DNA of 64,000 nucleotides from Gammaproteobacteria bacterium (GTDB lineage Bacteria; Pseudomonadota; Gammaproteobacteria; CAJXQU01): NCBI GenBank assembly GCA_965238175.1, contig CBDEGZ010000003.1, positions 1,952,001 to 2,016,000 of the forward strand, read 5' to 3'. Shown piece by piece: positions 52,303 to 61,798 of this stretch (position 1 is its first letter; each line of letters starts with the position of its first letter). The notes under the pieces were generated by a model. It saw only the letters and a program-made list of their open reading frames with translations, ran no database searches and was not told where the DNA came from. The position numbers and the translations under genes were made by a program.

Positions 52303-55300
52303 TTAATTACCCCCACCTACGTATTCCAACTTAATCGCATCGGCACTGAAGTTGCCGGTGGTATTGCTGTTGAGTTGGATGTAGCCACCACTGCCTGTAT
52401 TGAAGGTGTAGGTGCCGGTCAACTCGGTGAAGTGGCCACCTAAGGCCGGATCGTTTTGCGCCACGGTCACGCTGGTGTTTCCCCCTGCGTGGTGGATGAC
52501 GTATTCTGCCGCTGATGGGCGTGAGCTGTTGTGGGTGAACCAGACTGATACTTTGTAGGTGCCTGTCGTCACGACAGTCGGTGTCCATTTGAAGTGGCCA
52601 TTGCCGTTTAACCAGTCTGAACCACGACTGGTATTAAGGTAGGTCGGTGAGCTGCCCGAGGATTGCCAGTTGCCTTGGCTTGTTGTATTGCTGTCGCTGT
52701 TGTCGACGATGATGTCAGTTACATTCCCACCGCCACCAGTGCCAGTCACGGTGATAGTAATATTATCCGTGTCGGTTGAGTTTCCACTGTCTGTCGCCGT
52801 AGCAGTGATTAGGTGGGTGTTTTCACTTAAACTGCTCGTGGAGAAGCTACCGTTTGTACCAATCTGCCCGTCTTTGTCAGAAGTCCATACCAGTGAAGCA
52901 CCAACGTTACCATCTTCTGCATCGGTGGCGGTTGCGGTGAAGGTCACATTTGTTCCGGAGGTCACGCTGCTGTTCGCAACTGGACTGCTGATGGTGACGA
53001 CTGGTTCAGCGTTCGGTGGGGGTGGGTTACCGCCACCAACATATTCCAACTTAATCGCATCGGCACTGAAGTTGCCGGTGGTATTGCTGTTGAGTTGGAT
53101 GTAGCCACCACTGCCTGTATTGAAGGTGTAGGTGCCGGTCAACTCGGTGAAGTGGCCACCTAAGGCCGGATCGTTTTGCGCCACGGTCACGCTGGTGTTT
53201 CCCCCTGCGTGGTGGATGACGTATTCTGCCGCTGATGGGCGTGAGCTGTTGTGGGTGAACCAGACTGATACTTTGTAGGTGCCCGTCGTCACGACAGTCG
53301 GTGTCCATTTGAAGTGGCCATTGCCGTTTAACCAGTCTGAACCACGACTGGTATTAAGGTAGGTCGGTGAGCTGCCCGAGGATTGCCAGTTGCCTTGGCT
53401 TGTTGTATTGCTGTCGCTGTTGTCGACGATGATGTCAGTTACATTCCCACCGCCACCAGTGCCAGTCACGGTGATAGTAATATTATCCGTGTCGGTTGAG
53501 TTTCCACTGTCTGTCGCTGTAGCAGTGATTAGGTGGGTGTTTTCACTTAAACTGCTCGTGGAGAAGCTACCGTTTGTACCAATCTGCCCGTCTTTGTCAG
53601 AAGTCCATACCAGTGAAGCACCAACGTTACCATCTTCTGCATCGGTGGCAGTTGCGGTGAAGGTCACATTTGTTCCGGAGGTCACGCTGCTGTTCGCAAC
53701 TGGACTGCTGATGGTGACGACTGGTTCAGTGTTCGGTGGGGGTGGGTTACCGCCACCAACGTATTCCAACTTAATCGCATCGGCACTGAAGTTGCCGGTG
53801 GTATTGCTGTTGAGTTGGATGTAGCCACCACTGCCTGCATTGAAGGTGTAGGTGCCGGTCAACTCGGTGAAGTGGCCACCTAAGGCCGGATCGTTTTGTG
53901 CCACGGTCACGCTGGTGTTTCCCCCTGCGTGGTGGATGACGTATTCTGCCGCTGATGGGCGTGAGCTGTTGTGGGTGAACCAGACCGACACTTTGTAGGT
54001 GCCTGCCGTGGCCACATTCGAGATCCATTTGAAGTAGCCATTGCCGTTCAACCAGTCTGAACCACGACTGGTATTAAGGTAGGTTGGTGAGCTGCCCGAG
54101 GATTGCCAGTTGCCCTGACTCTCTGTATTGCTGTCGCTGTTGTCGACGATGATGTCAGTTACATTCCCACCGCCACCAGTGCCAGTCACGGTGATAGTAA
54201 TATTATCCGTGTCGGTTGAGTTTCCACTGTCTGTCGCTGTAGCAGTGATTAGGTGGGTGTTTTCACTTAAACTGCTCGTGGAGAAGCTACCGTTTGTACC
54301 AATCTGCCCGTCTTTGTCAGAAGTCCATACCAGTGAAGCACCAACGTTACCATCTTCTGCATCGGTGGCAGTTGCGGTGAAGGTCACATTTGTTCCGGAG
54401 GTCACGCTGCTGTTCGCAACTGGACTGCTGATGGTGACGACTGGTTCAGCGTTCGGTGGGGGTGGGTTACCGCCACCAACATATTCCAACTTAATCGCAT
54501 CGACACTGAAGTTGCCGGTGGTATTGCTGTTAAGTTGAATGTAGCCACTGCTGCCGGCATTGAAGGTGTAGGTGCCGGTCAACTCGGTGAAGTGGCCACC
54601 TAAGGCCGGATCGTTTTGTGCCACGGTCACGCTGGTGTTTCCCCCTGCGTGGTGGATGACGTATTCTGCCGCTGATGGGCGTGAGCTGTTATAAGTAAAC
54701 CAGACTGATACTTTGTAGGTGCCTGCCGTGGCCACATTCGGGATCCATTTGAAGTAGCCATTGCCGTTCAACCAGTCTGAACCACGACTGGTATTAAGGT
54801 AGGTTGGTGAGCTGCCCGAGGATTGCCAGTTGCCTTGGCTTGTTGTATTGCTGTCGCTGTTGTCGACAATGATATCGTCTACATTAACATTCACCGGAGG
54901 ATTATCTGCGCCTGATAACTGCGCAAGTAATGTCCCATTTAAAAAGATATATTCTTTGATGGAGTCACCCGTATCGTCGCGTTCAGCGAGTAAGGCTCCA
55001 CCCGGGCCATAGTCAAAGTAGGTTGTCGATGTGCCCTCTTTCTTAACCCGCTCTCCATTGCCATTGTAGGTATAGGTGCTGGTGTCTGCGCTGCTTATCC
55101 GGTTGTGAGCACCATAGGTGAAGTTGCTTTCTGGGTGGTTGGTAATGTTACCGTTGTTGTCATAGCTATATTGCGCGGTATTACTGCCGGTAATTTGATC
55201 AAGGCGGTGTGTATTTGGGACGTAGTTGTAGGTATCACTTTGGGCGCCGCTGGTGACATTGGTGCGGTTGCCTACATCATCATAGCTAAAGACTTTATTG

Positions 55301-55785
55301 CCGTATTGGCCGTCTGCATCAATGAGTCGGCTGAGTCCATCGTAGTCCAGCGTTTGGCTATTGTTGGCATTGAGGTTGTTGGTGAGGGTTTTGATGTTGT
55401 TGGCTTCATCATAACCATAACTCTGGTTGATAACGCTGCCTTGTGTGTTGTTGGTGAGGCGGTAGTCAAGGTCATATTGTTGGGCCTTGTTAATCCCATT
55501 GCCATAGTCCAGTGATATCATTGGACCAAAAGGTGCGTAACTAATGTTGCTGGCTAGCGTGCTGGTGACACCCTCTTCTGTCAGCGTGACAGCGCTTATC
55601 TGGTTGATGGTGTTGTAGGTGTATTCAATTTCACGACCACTTGGATAGATAATATTAGTCAGTTGATCGGCACCGTTGTAGTCAAATTCAAAGGTCGATG
55701 GAATATTGTCGATGGTGACGGTTTTGATCGTGAGGTTGCCACGTTTGTCGTAGGCGTAGTTGGTGCTGCCACTGGCGTCAGTCAT
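52303..55785 (-). CDS. Rhs/YD-repeat protein, 3' portion, ending in four CBM-like (golvesin-type) and three Ig-like tandem domains
   Basis: YD repeats (YAYDKRGN, YDLDYRL, YDDVGNR, YNGNGERVKK, KEYIFLNG), then 240-aa repeats IIVDNSD...GNW...YKVSVW...DAIKLE + PVVTISSP...ATATDAEDG...ITITV. Confidence 0.85.
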   Translation of the reverse strand: MTDASGSTNYAYDKRGNLTIKTVTIDNIPSTFEFDYNGADQLTNIIYPSGREIEYTYNTINQISAVTLTEEGVTSTLASNISYAPFGPMISLDYGNGINKAQQYDLDYRLTNNTQGSVINQSYGYDEANNIKTLTNNLNANNSQTLDYDGLSRLIDADGQYGNKVFSYDDVGNRTNVTSGAQSDTYNYVPNTHRLDQITGSNTAQYSYDNNGNITNHPESNFTYGAHNRISSADTSTYTYNGNGERVKKEGTSTTYFDYGPGGALLAERDDTGDSIKEYIFLNGTLLAQLSGADNPPVNVNVDDIIVDNSDSNTTSQGNWQSSGSSPTYLNTSRGSDWLNGNGYFKWIPNVATAGTYKVSVWFTYNSSRPSAAEYVIHHAGGNTSVTVAQNDPALGGHFTELTGTYTFNAGSSGYIQLNSNTTGNFSVDAIKLEYVGGGNPPPPNAEPVVTISSPVANSSVTSGTNVTFTATATDAEDGNVGASLVWTSDKDGQIGTNGSFSTSSLSENTHLITATATDSGNSTDTDNITITVTGTGGGGNVTDIIVDNSDSNTESQGNWQSSGSSPTYLNTSRGSDWLNGNGYFKWISNVATAGTYKVSVWFTHNSSRPSAAEYVIHHAGGNTSVTVAQNDPALGGHFTELTGTYTFNAGSGGYIQLNSNTTGNFSADAIKLEYVGGGNPPPPNTEPVVTISSPVANSSVTSGTNVTFTATATDAEDGNVGASLVWTSDKDGQIGTNGSFSTSSLSENTHLITATATDSGNSTDTDNITITVTGTGGGGNVTDIIVDNSDSNTTSQGNWQSSGSSPTYLNTSRGSDWLNGNGHFKWTPTVVTTGTYKVSVWFTHNSSRPSAAEYVIHHAGGNTSVTVAQNDPALGGHFTELTGTYTFNTGSGGYIQLNSNTTGNFSADAIKLEYVGGGNPPPPNAEPVVTISSPVANSSVTSGTNVTFTATATDAEDGNVGASLVWTSDKDGQIGTNGSFSTSSLSENTHLITATATDSGNSTDTDNITITVTGTGGGGNVTDIIVDNSDSNTTSQGNWQSSGSSPTYLNTSRGSDWLNGNGHFKWTPTVVTTGTYKVSVWFTHNSSRPSAAEYVIHHAGGNTSVTVAQNDPALGGHFTELTGTYTFNTGSGGYIQLNSNTTGNFSADAIKLEYVGGGN
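52316..54873. repeat. near-identical intragenic tandem repeat, 720-bp period, ~3.5 copies
   Basis: TATTCCAACTTAATCGCATC recurs at 52322, 53042, 53762 and 54482, with only scattered substitutions between units. Confidence 0.97.
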
Positions 55786-55858
55786 GCGGGTTAGGCGGCC
55801 GATGCCATTTTGTTGGTTGTTGTTTTCGTCATAGGTGTAGATGACATTGAGGCTGCTA

Positions 55859-58800
55859 TCACCAGGGGTAGATCACACTGGTGAGTCGGTTTAGTGCATC
55901 GTAATTGTAGTTTGTGGTGATGCTTCTGGCATCAGTTTGGCTTTTGCGGTTACCAGCACTGTCATAGGTGTAGGTGGTGGTGCCGGTGTCTGGACTGTCA
56001 AGTGTGAGCAAGTCACCCAGGGCGTTGTAGGTGTAGTGGGTCTCCAAGCTTTCGGGATCGGTAACTTTGATCAGTTGGTCTAGCGCGTTGTAGTCGTAGG
56101 TGGTGGTGATGTCATCGGTCCCGTTGCTGGCGATGCGGATCTGGGTGACTGCAACCAGTCGATTGAGCGAATCGTAAAGTGACTGGCTGGTATTATTAAG
56201 CGTCAGTGGATCGACGGTTTTAGCCGCAGCAATGTTGCTACCAGTGTTTCTTGGATCGGTCATGGCAGTCTGATTGCCATTTAGGTCGTAGGCATAGCGT
56301 GTCAGTTGACCTTGTCCGCCAATCAACAGCAGCAATTGACTCAGTTGATCGTATTCACGTTCTAATAATCGTGTGATGTTACCGGCATTATTTTTAGTTT
56401 CTTCTTTGGTGCGATTACCCATAAGATCCAATGTGTAATGGATCGTATTACCCAGGTTATCGGTGATATCAGTCAGTCGATGAGCTGCATCGTAGGTGTA
56501 ATCGATAAAGGCATTAGTTGGTAAGGTCAGTTTTGTTAATTGACCGACGTTGTCATAATCAAAATCGGTGGTATTGCCATCCACTGTTCGACTAGTTAAC
56601 CAACCTCTTGGGTGATAGGTCAGTGTTGTGACCAAGCCATTCGGATCGGTAATCGTTTGTGGTCGGCCATTAGCGTCATGATTGGAGAAAGTGGTCTCAT
56701 GACTTAAGGCGTTAGTGATCTTAGTCAGATTGCCCGTCGTTGCTTCGTAGTCCATCGTCGTCGTATCCGTCACATTGACGCGTGAACCATTGATGGTTTT
56801 TAACTGTTTTGTATTAGGATCATAGGTATACGTAGTTAGCTGAGATGCACCAGATGATGGATCTTCCACATTTTGGGTGTGCACCTGCCCGTTCTGGTAG
56901 TGATCATATACAGTGGATTTTATATGTATCCAGCTGCTTAAGGCCGTATCACAGCTACTTGGGCTTAGGTTGCTTTGATCGGCAGGTGGAGTATAAACAT
57001 CTGACTCAGTTGGTATGTGATAAGCCGTATCCCAAGACGTGTAAGTCATGCGTGACTCTATGGTACTGTAACCATCAATGCGGCAGGTTTGTTTACCTTG
57101 AGAATCATGCTCAAATCGTGTGATGTTGCCGTTATAGTCAATTTGGCTAGCAAGAAAACCATTTGCATCGTAGCTATAGTTTTGTATCTGACTATTTTTA
57201 CAACTCAGACACCGATCTCCGGTCAAAGATTTAACGCGAGGCGATCCATTAATAGACTCAAACGTGTAAGTATGAGTCCCTCCTAATGAGGCATCGGTGA
57301 CATCCGTAGTCCCATCATCGTTGTATACAAACTCTACCCTCTCCACACCATCAGCATGCTCCGATAATTTTGCACGACCTTCTGCATCATATTCCCAACG
57401 GGCAAAATCAGCACCGTTTTCGTCAACCATGCCTGTTAAAGCATGATGAAAAAGCCCACTGCCATAACTATAAACTTTACTGCTGTTATCTTGATAGGTC
57501 ACTTCTAAAAGTTGGCCACCGTTTGCCTTGTACTTGATTAGACCATCTGGTGTTAATACCGAAGCGAGAAATCCCTTTGAGCTATATCCGAAAATCAGTT
57601 CTCGACCAAACGGACCGATAACTTTATCAAGCGTTTCAGGGTTGCCATCTCCACCGTTTTGTTCAGATAGATTATAAGTTAACGTCTGGGTATAATCTTC
57701 GCGACTAACGATAGTAAGAAGTTTTCCCGTATTATCGTATGTTTCTTGAGTATCGTCGTTATCAATGAATAGCCAACCACCAACAAGCTGTTCAAGTGTA
57801 ACCCTTGGGTCAGAAACACTTATCCAGGAACCTCCACTTTTCTCGAAAAACAGCAAGCTGCCATTAGGACGACTGACTGTCATCACCCCGCCTTGTTCTA
57901 ATAATTCACTATATGTATTAACATTATTTACTGATTGGGATGGGTTATTGGAGCGAACAGTCAGAAAAGCCGGAGCCTGGCCATCACCAGAAATCTTACA
58001 CAACTCGCCTTGTAAGCTTGCTGTCGTATTTGAACGTAGCCCTTTTATTGTTTTACCTTTGATTTGATTCCAGCCAGCTTCACAGGCAGCTTGAGGAGTA
58101 GCAAACAGACCGGATCGTTGCCCCCCTTCGGTATAGTACCCTGTAGTTAACTGGGCTATGCTTAAATTCTGAGGTGTATCCCGTCGTTCTATAGGCGCCT
58201 CACCGACTCCACGTGAATATGTATGACGCCAACCAAAGGCGACATTCATACCGGTTTTATTAGCCCCCTGACTATTGTAGTAACGTCGAAATTCAATCCC
58301 ATGAGTAAGACTGCTTTTGTAGTCTGTTTCTACCTGGTACTTATTCCCTGATGAAGGAATACACGGGTTTCCTTCACCACATTTAGCTTCAGGACTCACA
58401 GGCTCTTCAGGTTCTATGTAATACCCATCCTCATAGGCTTTAACACAGGCATTTATTTCTCCTGGCGGAGTGGCGTTGGGGAAGTATTTAGCTACAGAAC
58501 CACTTGGACAATAGCGCCTCATATAAATTCGTCTCAATGGATTCTGTGTACAATACCCTCCTGCACAAACTACAGGGACATGATCAGTTTCATAAGGGGT
58601 ATCAACCATAAATGAACAGGTGATGTTAGGGATATTTGGATCTTCTAAAGCATCTATCATTGCCTGCTTGTCAAAGCATTCAGCGTGCGCTTCTGGGTTA
58701 GGGCGACCATTAAAATAATTTGAGTACCACGCAGCTGTTATCTGCGCAATACTGGCATATGACTCTGCAAACGAGATCTTATTTGGCCCTACGTTATGAT

Positions 58801-58924
58801 GTTCATAATAATATTCCATGGGGAATTCGATAGTCTCTGCGCTTACCTGCGTAGTATGAAAAAGTGATGTGAATAGTAGTAAGCCAACTAATAAACTATT
58901 TAATGTGTAAACAAACATAAGCAT
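55859..58924 (-). CDS. Rhs/YD-repeat protein, 5' portion (signal peptide, Cys-rich domain, DUF6531-like domain, YD repeats); joined to 52303-55785 by a 1-bp frameshift
   Basis: AGGA RBS before ATG 58924; signal ...TTQVSA; GNPC..SSGNKYQ.ETDY...FRRYYNS...FGWRHTY; many YD repeats. Removing one G from GGGG (55865-68) fuses the frames. Confidence 0.85.
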   Translation of the reverse strand: MLMFVYTLNSLLVGLLLFTSLFHTTQVSAETIEFPMEYYYEHHNVGPNKISFAESYASIAQITAAWYSNYFNGRPNPEAHAECFDKQAMIDALEDPNIPNITCSFMVDTPYETDHVPVVCAGGYCTQNPLRRIYMRRYCPSGSVAKYFPNATPPGEINACVKAYEDGYYIEPEEPVSPEAKCGEGNPCIPSSGNKYQVETDYKSSLTHGIEFRRYYNSQGANKTGMNVAFGWRHTYSRGVGEAPIERRDTPQNLSIAQLTTGYYTEGGQRSGLFATPQAACEAGWNQIKGKTIKGLRSNTTASLQGELCKISGDGQAPAFLTVRSNNPSQSVNNVNTYSELLEQGGVMTVSRPNGSLLFFEKSGGSWISVSDPRVTLEQLVGGWLFIDNDDTQETYDNTGKLLTIVSREDYTQTLTYNLSEQNGGDGNPETLDKVIGPFGRELIFGYSSKGFLASVLTPDGLIKYKANGGQLLEVTYQDNSSKVYSYGSGLFHHALTGMVDENGADFARWEYDAEGRAKLSEHADGVERVEFVYNDDGTTDVTDASLGGTHTYTFESINGSPRVKSLTGDRCLSCKNSQIQNYSYDANGFLASQIDYNGNITRFEHDSQGKQTCRIDGYSTIESRMTYTSWDTAYHIPTESDVYTPPADQSNLSPSSCDTALSSWIHIKSTVYDHYQNGQVHTQNVEDPSSGASQLTTYTYDPNTKQLKTINGSRVNVTDTTTMDYEATTGNLTKITNALSHETTFSNHDANGRPQTITDPNGLVTTLTYHPRGWLTSRTVDGNTTDFDYDNVGQLTKLTLPTNAFIDYTYDAAHRLTDITDNLGNTIHYTLDLMGNRTKEETKNNAGNITRLLEREYDQLSQLLLLIGGQGQLTRYAYDLNGNQTAMTDPRNTGSNIAAAKTVDPLTLNNTSQSLYDSLNRLVAVTQIRIASNGTDDITTTYDYNALDQLIKVTDPESLETHYTYNALGDLLTLDSPDTGTTTYTYDSAGNRKSQTDARSITTNYNYDALNRLTSVIYPW

Positions 58925-59531
58925 GTTATTCCTAAAGGAACAGGTATGAGGGGTTTTCAACGGAAGTCTCCTAGAATCAATCACAATTCGATTAGAACGC
59001 GAAGGTTTGAATATTAGAGTTGTTTTTTTTAGTGTTTCAAGATGGCAAAAAATCATCGAGGGACATCCTTGTTATTTATTATTAAACTTTAAATGCTGAT
59101 TAAAACAGCATCATGTTCAGGTGTTGGAGACATTCAACCACAGTTATGAATAATGTAGTTGTGAGTTTTCTCACAATCATTGAAAGAAAAATGTTAAAAA
59201 AAGTTAATTCGAGTGCAAGCAATATGTGTTCTGCTAATGAATCTATTTATAAAGCGATATTCATAATATTGTGTGGAGAAATGTCTCTGCTGATAGTTTC
59301 TGATTCTTGGTAAACCTCTAACGATTTCGTCAAAACTATCTTATTTAAAAATACTATCGTGGAAATCAAAGAAGGAAACTGATCTCTTTTATTTAGGTGA
59401 TACTAAATAGCCGTAGCATTATTGTTACGAGAATGAATATAAAAACTGCTACCCATGACATATGGAATAAAGCTTCCAAACAGTAGTTTTGTGAATGAAG
59501 AGGTTGGGGAAAACATTAGGCGTTTCTTAGA

Positions 59532-59578
59532 TGATAGCTCGAGGCAGAGTTGAACTGCTAACATAAGGATTTTTAATC
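59532..59578 (-). repeat. decayed tRNA-Phe 3' fragment (att-like), copy 2
   Basis: 59545-59578 matches 50065-50098 at 27/34 positions (all differences are transitions) and extends toward a degenerate ...CCTCGAGCTATCA (cf. ...CCACCA) end. Confidence 0.6.
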
Positions 59579-59734
59579 CGTTGGTCGAAGTTCACGCAAT
59601 AATTTATCATTTGTCTAATTAATCGCATGTAAGTTTTCTAGTAATAACAGATATTGACTGTCCGCTTGTAGGCGATTCCGGCCTATCAAGTTTGAATGAA
59701 ATCAGATGGTGTCTGTACGGTCAAGTCGCGACAT

Positions 59735-60530
59735 TTACACTTGAGAATATTGATAAGCGCTAAGCCCTGTCTGAGGCATTGGAAACTGAATTATTCCAGT
59801 ACATGTTGTTAGAAATTGCAAGGTAGATGGGGCAGGGCTGCTAGATGATGATGGAACCGCCGTTGTTGGTAATATAGCGGCTGTGCTAGAAGGGTCTGTG
59901 AGGTCTGGTGTAGTTGCAGTTTTTTCCATGCCAGGAACATGATCACTGACAGCGTCAGGCATCATCTCCAGCAATTCTTCATCTAACGCTTCAAGCTCAG
60001 CTGCAGAAATATCACCTTCGGATACTTGTTCACGTGCTTCATCCAGCTTTTCTTGATAAACATGAATGTCCTCCTTTCCGGCAAGAATTTCATCTCTTGT
60101 CGCTGTATCTTTTTGATAGGTTTCCCACGTTGGTTGTTTGTCACTAATTAAGTCAAAATCAAGTTCTCCTGAACTGACCTCTTGGCCAAATTCATCAAAT
60201 ACCTGTGAACCATCTTCGGTCTTGAACACCCGACGACCATCTTCCATCACATAAGCCTGGGCAAGCATGGCTTCGATATTCGCATTAACCGTATCAAGCT
60301 GTTTCTGATTTTCCATGAGAGCGTTAACGGTTGCCGTATCATATTTATCGAGTTTGGCTTCAAATGCTTTGATCTCCAGTTGCAAAACCACTGACATTGT
60401 CTTCAAGCTTCGCTTCAACTTCTTCACGTTGTGCTTTATCTTCACGCGCCTTGATAAACCATTTGCGTTGACGTAGCCACTCTGAATGGTGACTGTCATC
60501 ATGCGTAAAATGGTTTACCAAGTTAATCAT
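59735..60530 (-). pseudogene. frameshifted coiled-coil protein of mobile-element type
   Basis: ATG 60530 directly follows the upstream stop and gives MINLVNHF...EDNVSGFAT. The frame then changes near 60375 to EIKAFEAKLD...AYVMEDGRRVFKTEDG.QVFDEFG. Confidence 0.55.
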
Positions 60531-60887
60531 TTATTCTCCACATTCTTTTTTTATCAATACATACAGTAGTGGTTCTACTTGCTTATCTAGATGACGTGAG
60601 AACCATGTATCGATTTCTTTCCATGCCTCTTTATTGTCACCATGAAACCAGTTATAGATACAATCCATCCCCGTTTTTTCTGGCCGCTCTCGTAAGTAGC
60701 GAGAGTGGGCAAAGCCACCAATAACACCCGTGATGTAAGATGTTTGTTCCTTACTATCCATCTTGTTTAAAACATCATCAGCAGTTAAAGCTTGTGCTGT
60801 TCCTGCTTGAAGTATAAACACTCCTGTAATGAGTAATTTTGCGGTAAAACTATTAAGAAAGTCTGAATTTGTTTCTTTATTCCACAT
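60531..60887 (-). CDS. hypothetical exported protein
   Basis: Signal peptide ending AQA; two Cys (MDCIYNW...KECG). Confidence 0.65.
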   Translation of the reverse strand: MWNKETNSDFLNSFTAKLLITGVFILQAGTAQALTADDVLNKMDSKEQTSYITGVIGGFAHSRYLRERPEKTGMDCIYNWFHGDNKEAWKEIDTWFSRHLDKQVEPLLYVLIKKECGE

Positions 60888-61078
60888 AAACGATCTTCTG
60901 CGAGAAAGTTTGTTTTCGCAGGGTCGATTTTGGTAGAATTATAGAAGAATAAAGGAAAATCAGTAACTTGCCATTTGGTGCTGCAATGAATGCAAAGCCA
61001 AATTAAATTACCTCAGAGGGGAGCGTCCATGTGACGTGGATTTCCCCATTAACACTGAAGTCAAGGTATTGAAATATA

Positions 61079-61636
61079 ATGAGAATAGGCTGTTTACGCG
61101 TTAGCACGGAAGAGCAGAATGAAAACCGACAAGTTGATGCCATACTTCCTATCTGCGATGAGGTTCACATAGAAAAGCTCTCCGCCGTCGTCAAATCAAG
61201 ACCGATCTTCGAAGCGGTACTAAATAAACTTAAACGAGACGATACACTGGTGGTATGGAGTTTAGATCGTGCGTTTCGCTCCGTGAAAGATGCCTTGATC
61301 GAAGCTGATCAACTTAAGGAACGTGGGGTGAATTTCCACATTATCAGCCTTGGTGTCGATACAGTAACCGCTGATGGACGGTTAGCTTTTACCATTGTTG
61401 CGGCTGCGGCAGAACACGAGCGAAACAGACTTTCCGAACGCACAAAGCAAGGCTTAGAGGCCACCCGAAGGCGAGGCACAATCCTTGGCCCTAAGACAGA
61501 TCGACAAATTCGTAATGCGATAAAGCGTATTGAGGCTGACGAAGATCATAAGAAAATCGCACCCCAGTACAAAGTCCATCCCTGGACATTAACGCGTAAT
61601 ATCAATCGTGTGGTGGTTAGTGATAGGGAACGTTAA
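61079..61636 (+). CDS. serine recombinase (resolvase/invertase family)
   Basis: RVSTEEQ catalytic Ser, RP..F, DTLVVWSLDR, AEHER..LSERTKQGL...RG..LG, C-terminal HTH. The usual Tyr before RVS is Cys here. Confidence 0.88.
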   Translation: MRIGCLRVSTEEQNENRQVDAILPICDEVHIEKLSAVVKSRPIFEAVLNKLKRDDTLVVWSLDRAFRSVKDALIEADQLKERGVNFHIISLGVDTVTADGRLAFTIVAAAAEHERNRLSERTKQGLEATRRRGTILGPKTDRQIRNAIKRIEADEDHKKIAPQYKVHPWTLTRNINRVVVSDRER

Positions 61637-61798
61637 CGAAAGGTGGTGTGAAAGAAGTATAAGTGTAGAGCTAGATCCCCTGATCGCTTAGAATGGCGAG
61701 CTTTTCAAGAAAACCAGGTTTAATTTGTTGTCTCTAAGAGACGCAAGGTAACTGTATTAAATTGTACAAATTGTTGTACAAAAAAGGAGTTTAACTCA

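Noticed and set aside
52331-54538. Repeated 85-aa (minus) and 136-144-aa (plus) ORFs in the track
   Set aside because: Alternate-frame and antisense shadows of the 720-bp coding repeat.
52316-54873. Tandem array as a CRISPR or DGR template/variable repeat
   Set aside because: The period is 720 bp and in frame, there are no unique spacers, differences are not adenine-specific, and no cas or reverse transcriptase gene is present.
58925-59056. Extended N-terminus of the Rhs gene as given in the track
   Set aside because: ATG 58924 has an AGGA RBS and leads directly into a signal peptide, so it is the better start.
59113-59313. 66-aa ORF in the AT-rich region upstream of rhs
   Set aside because: No RBS or motif; probably promoter DNA.
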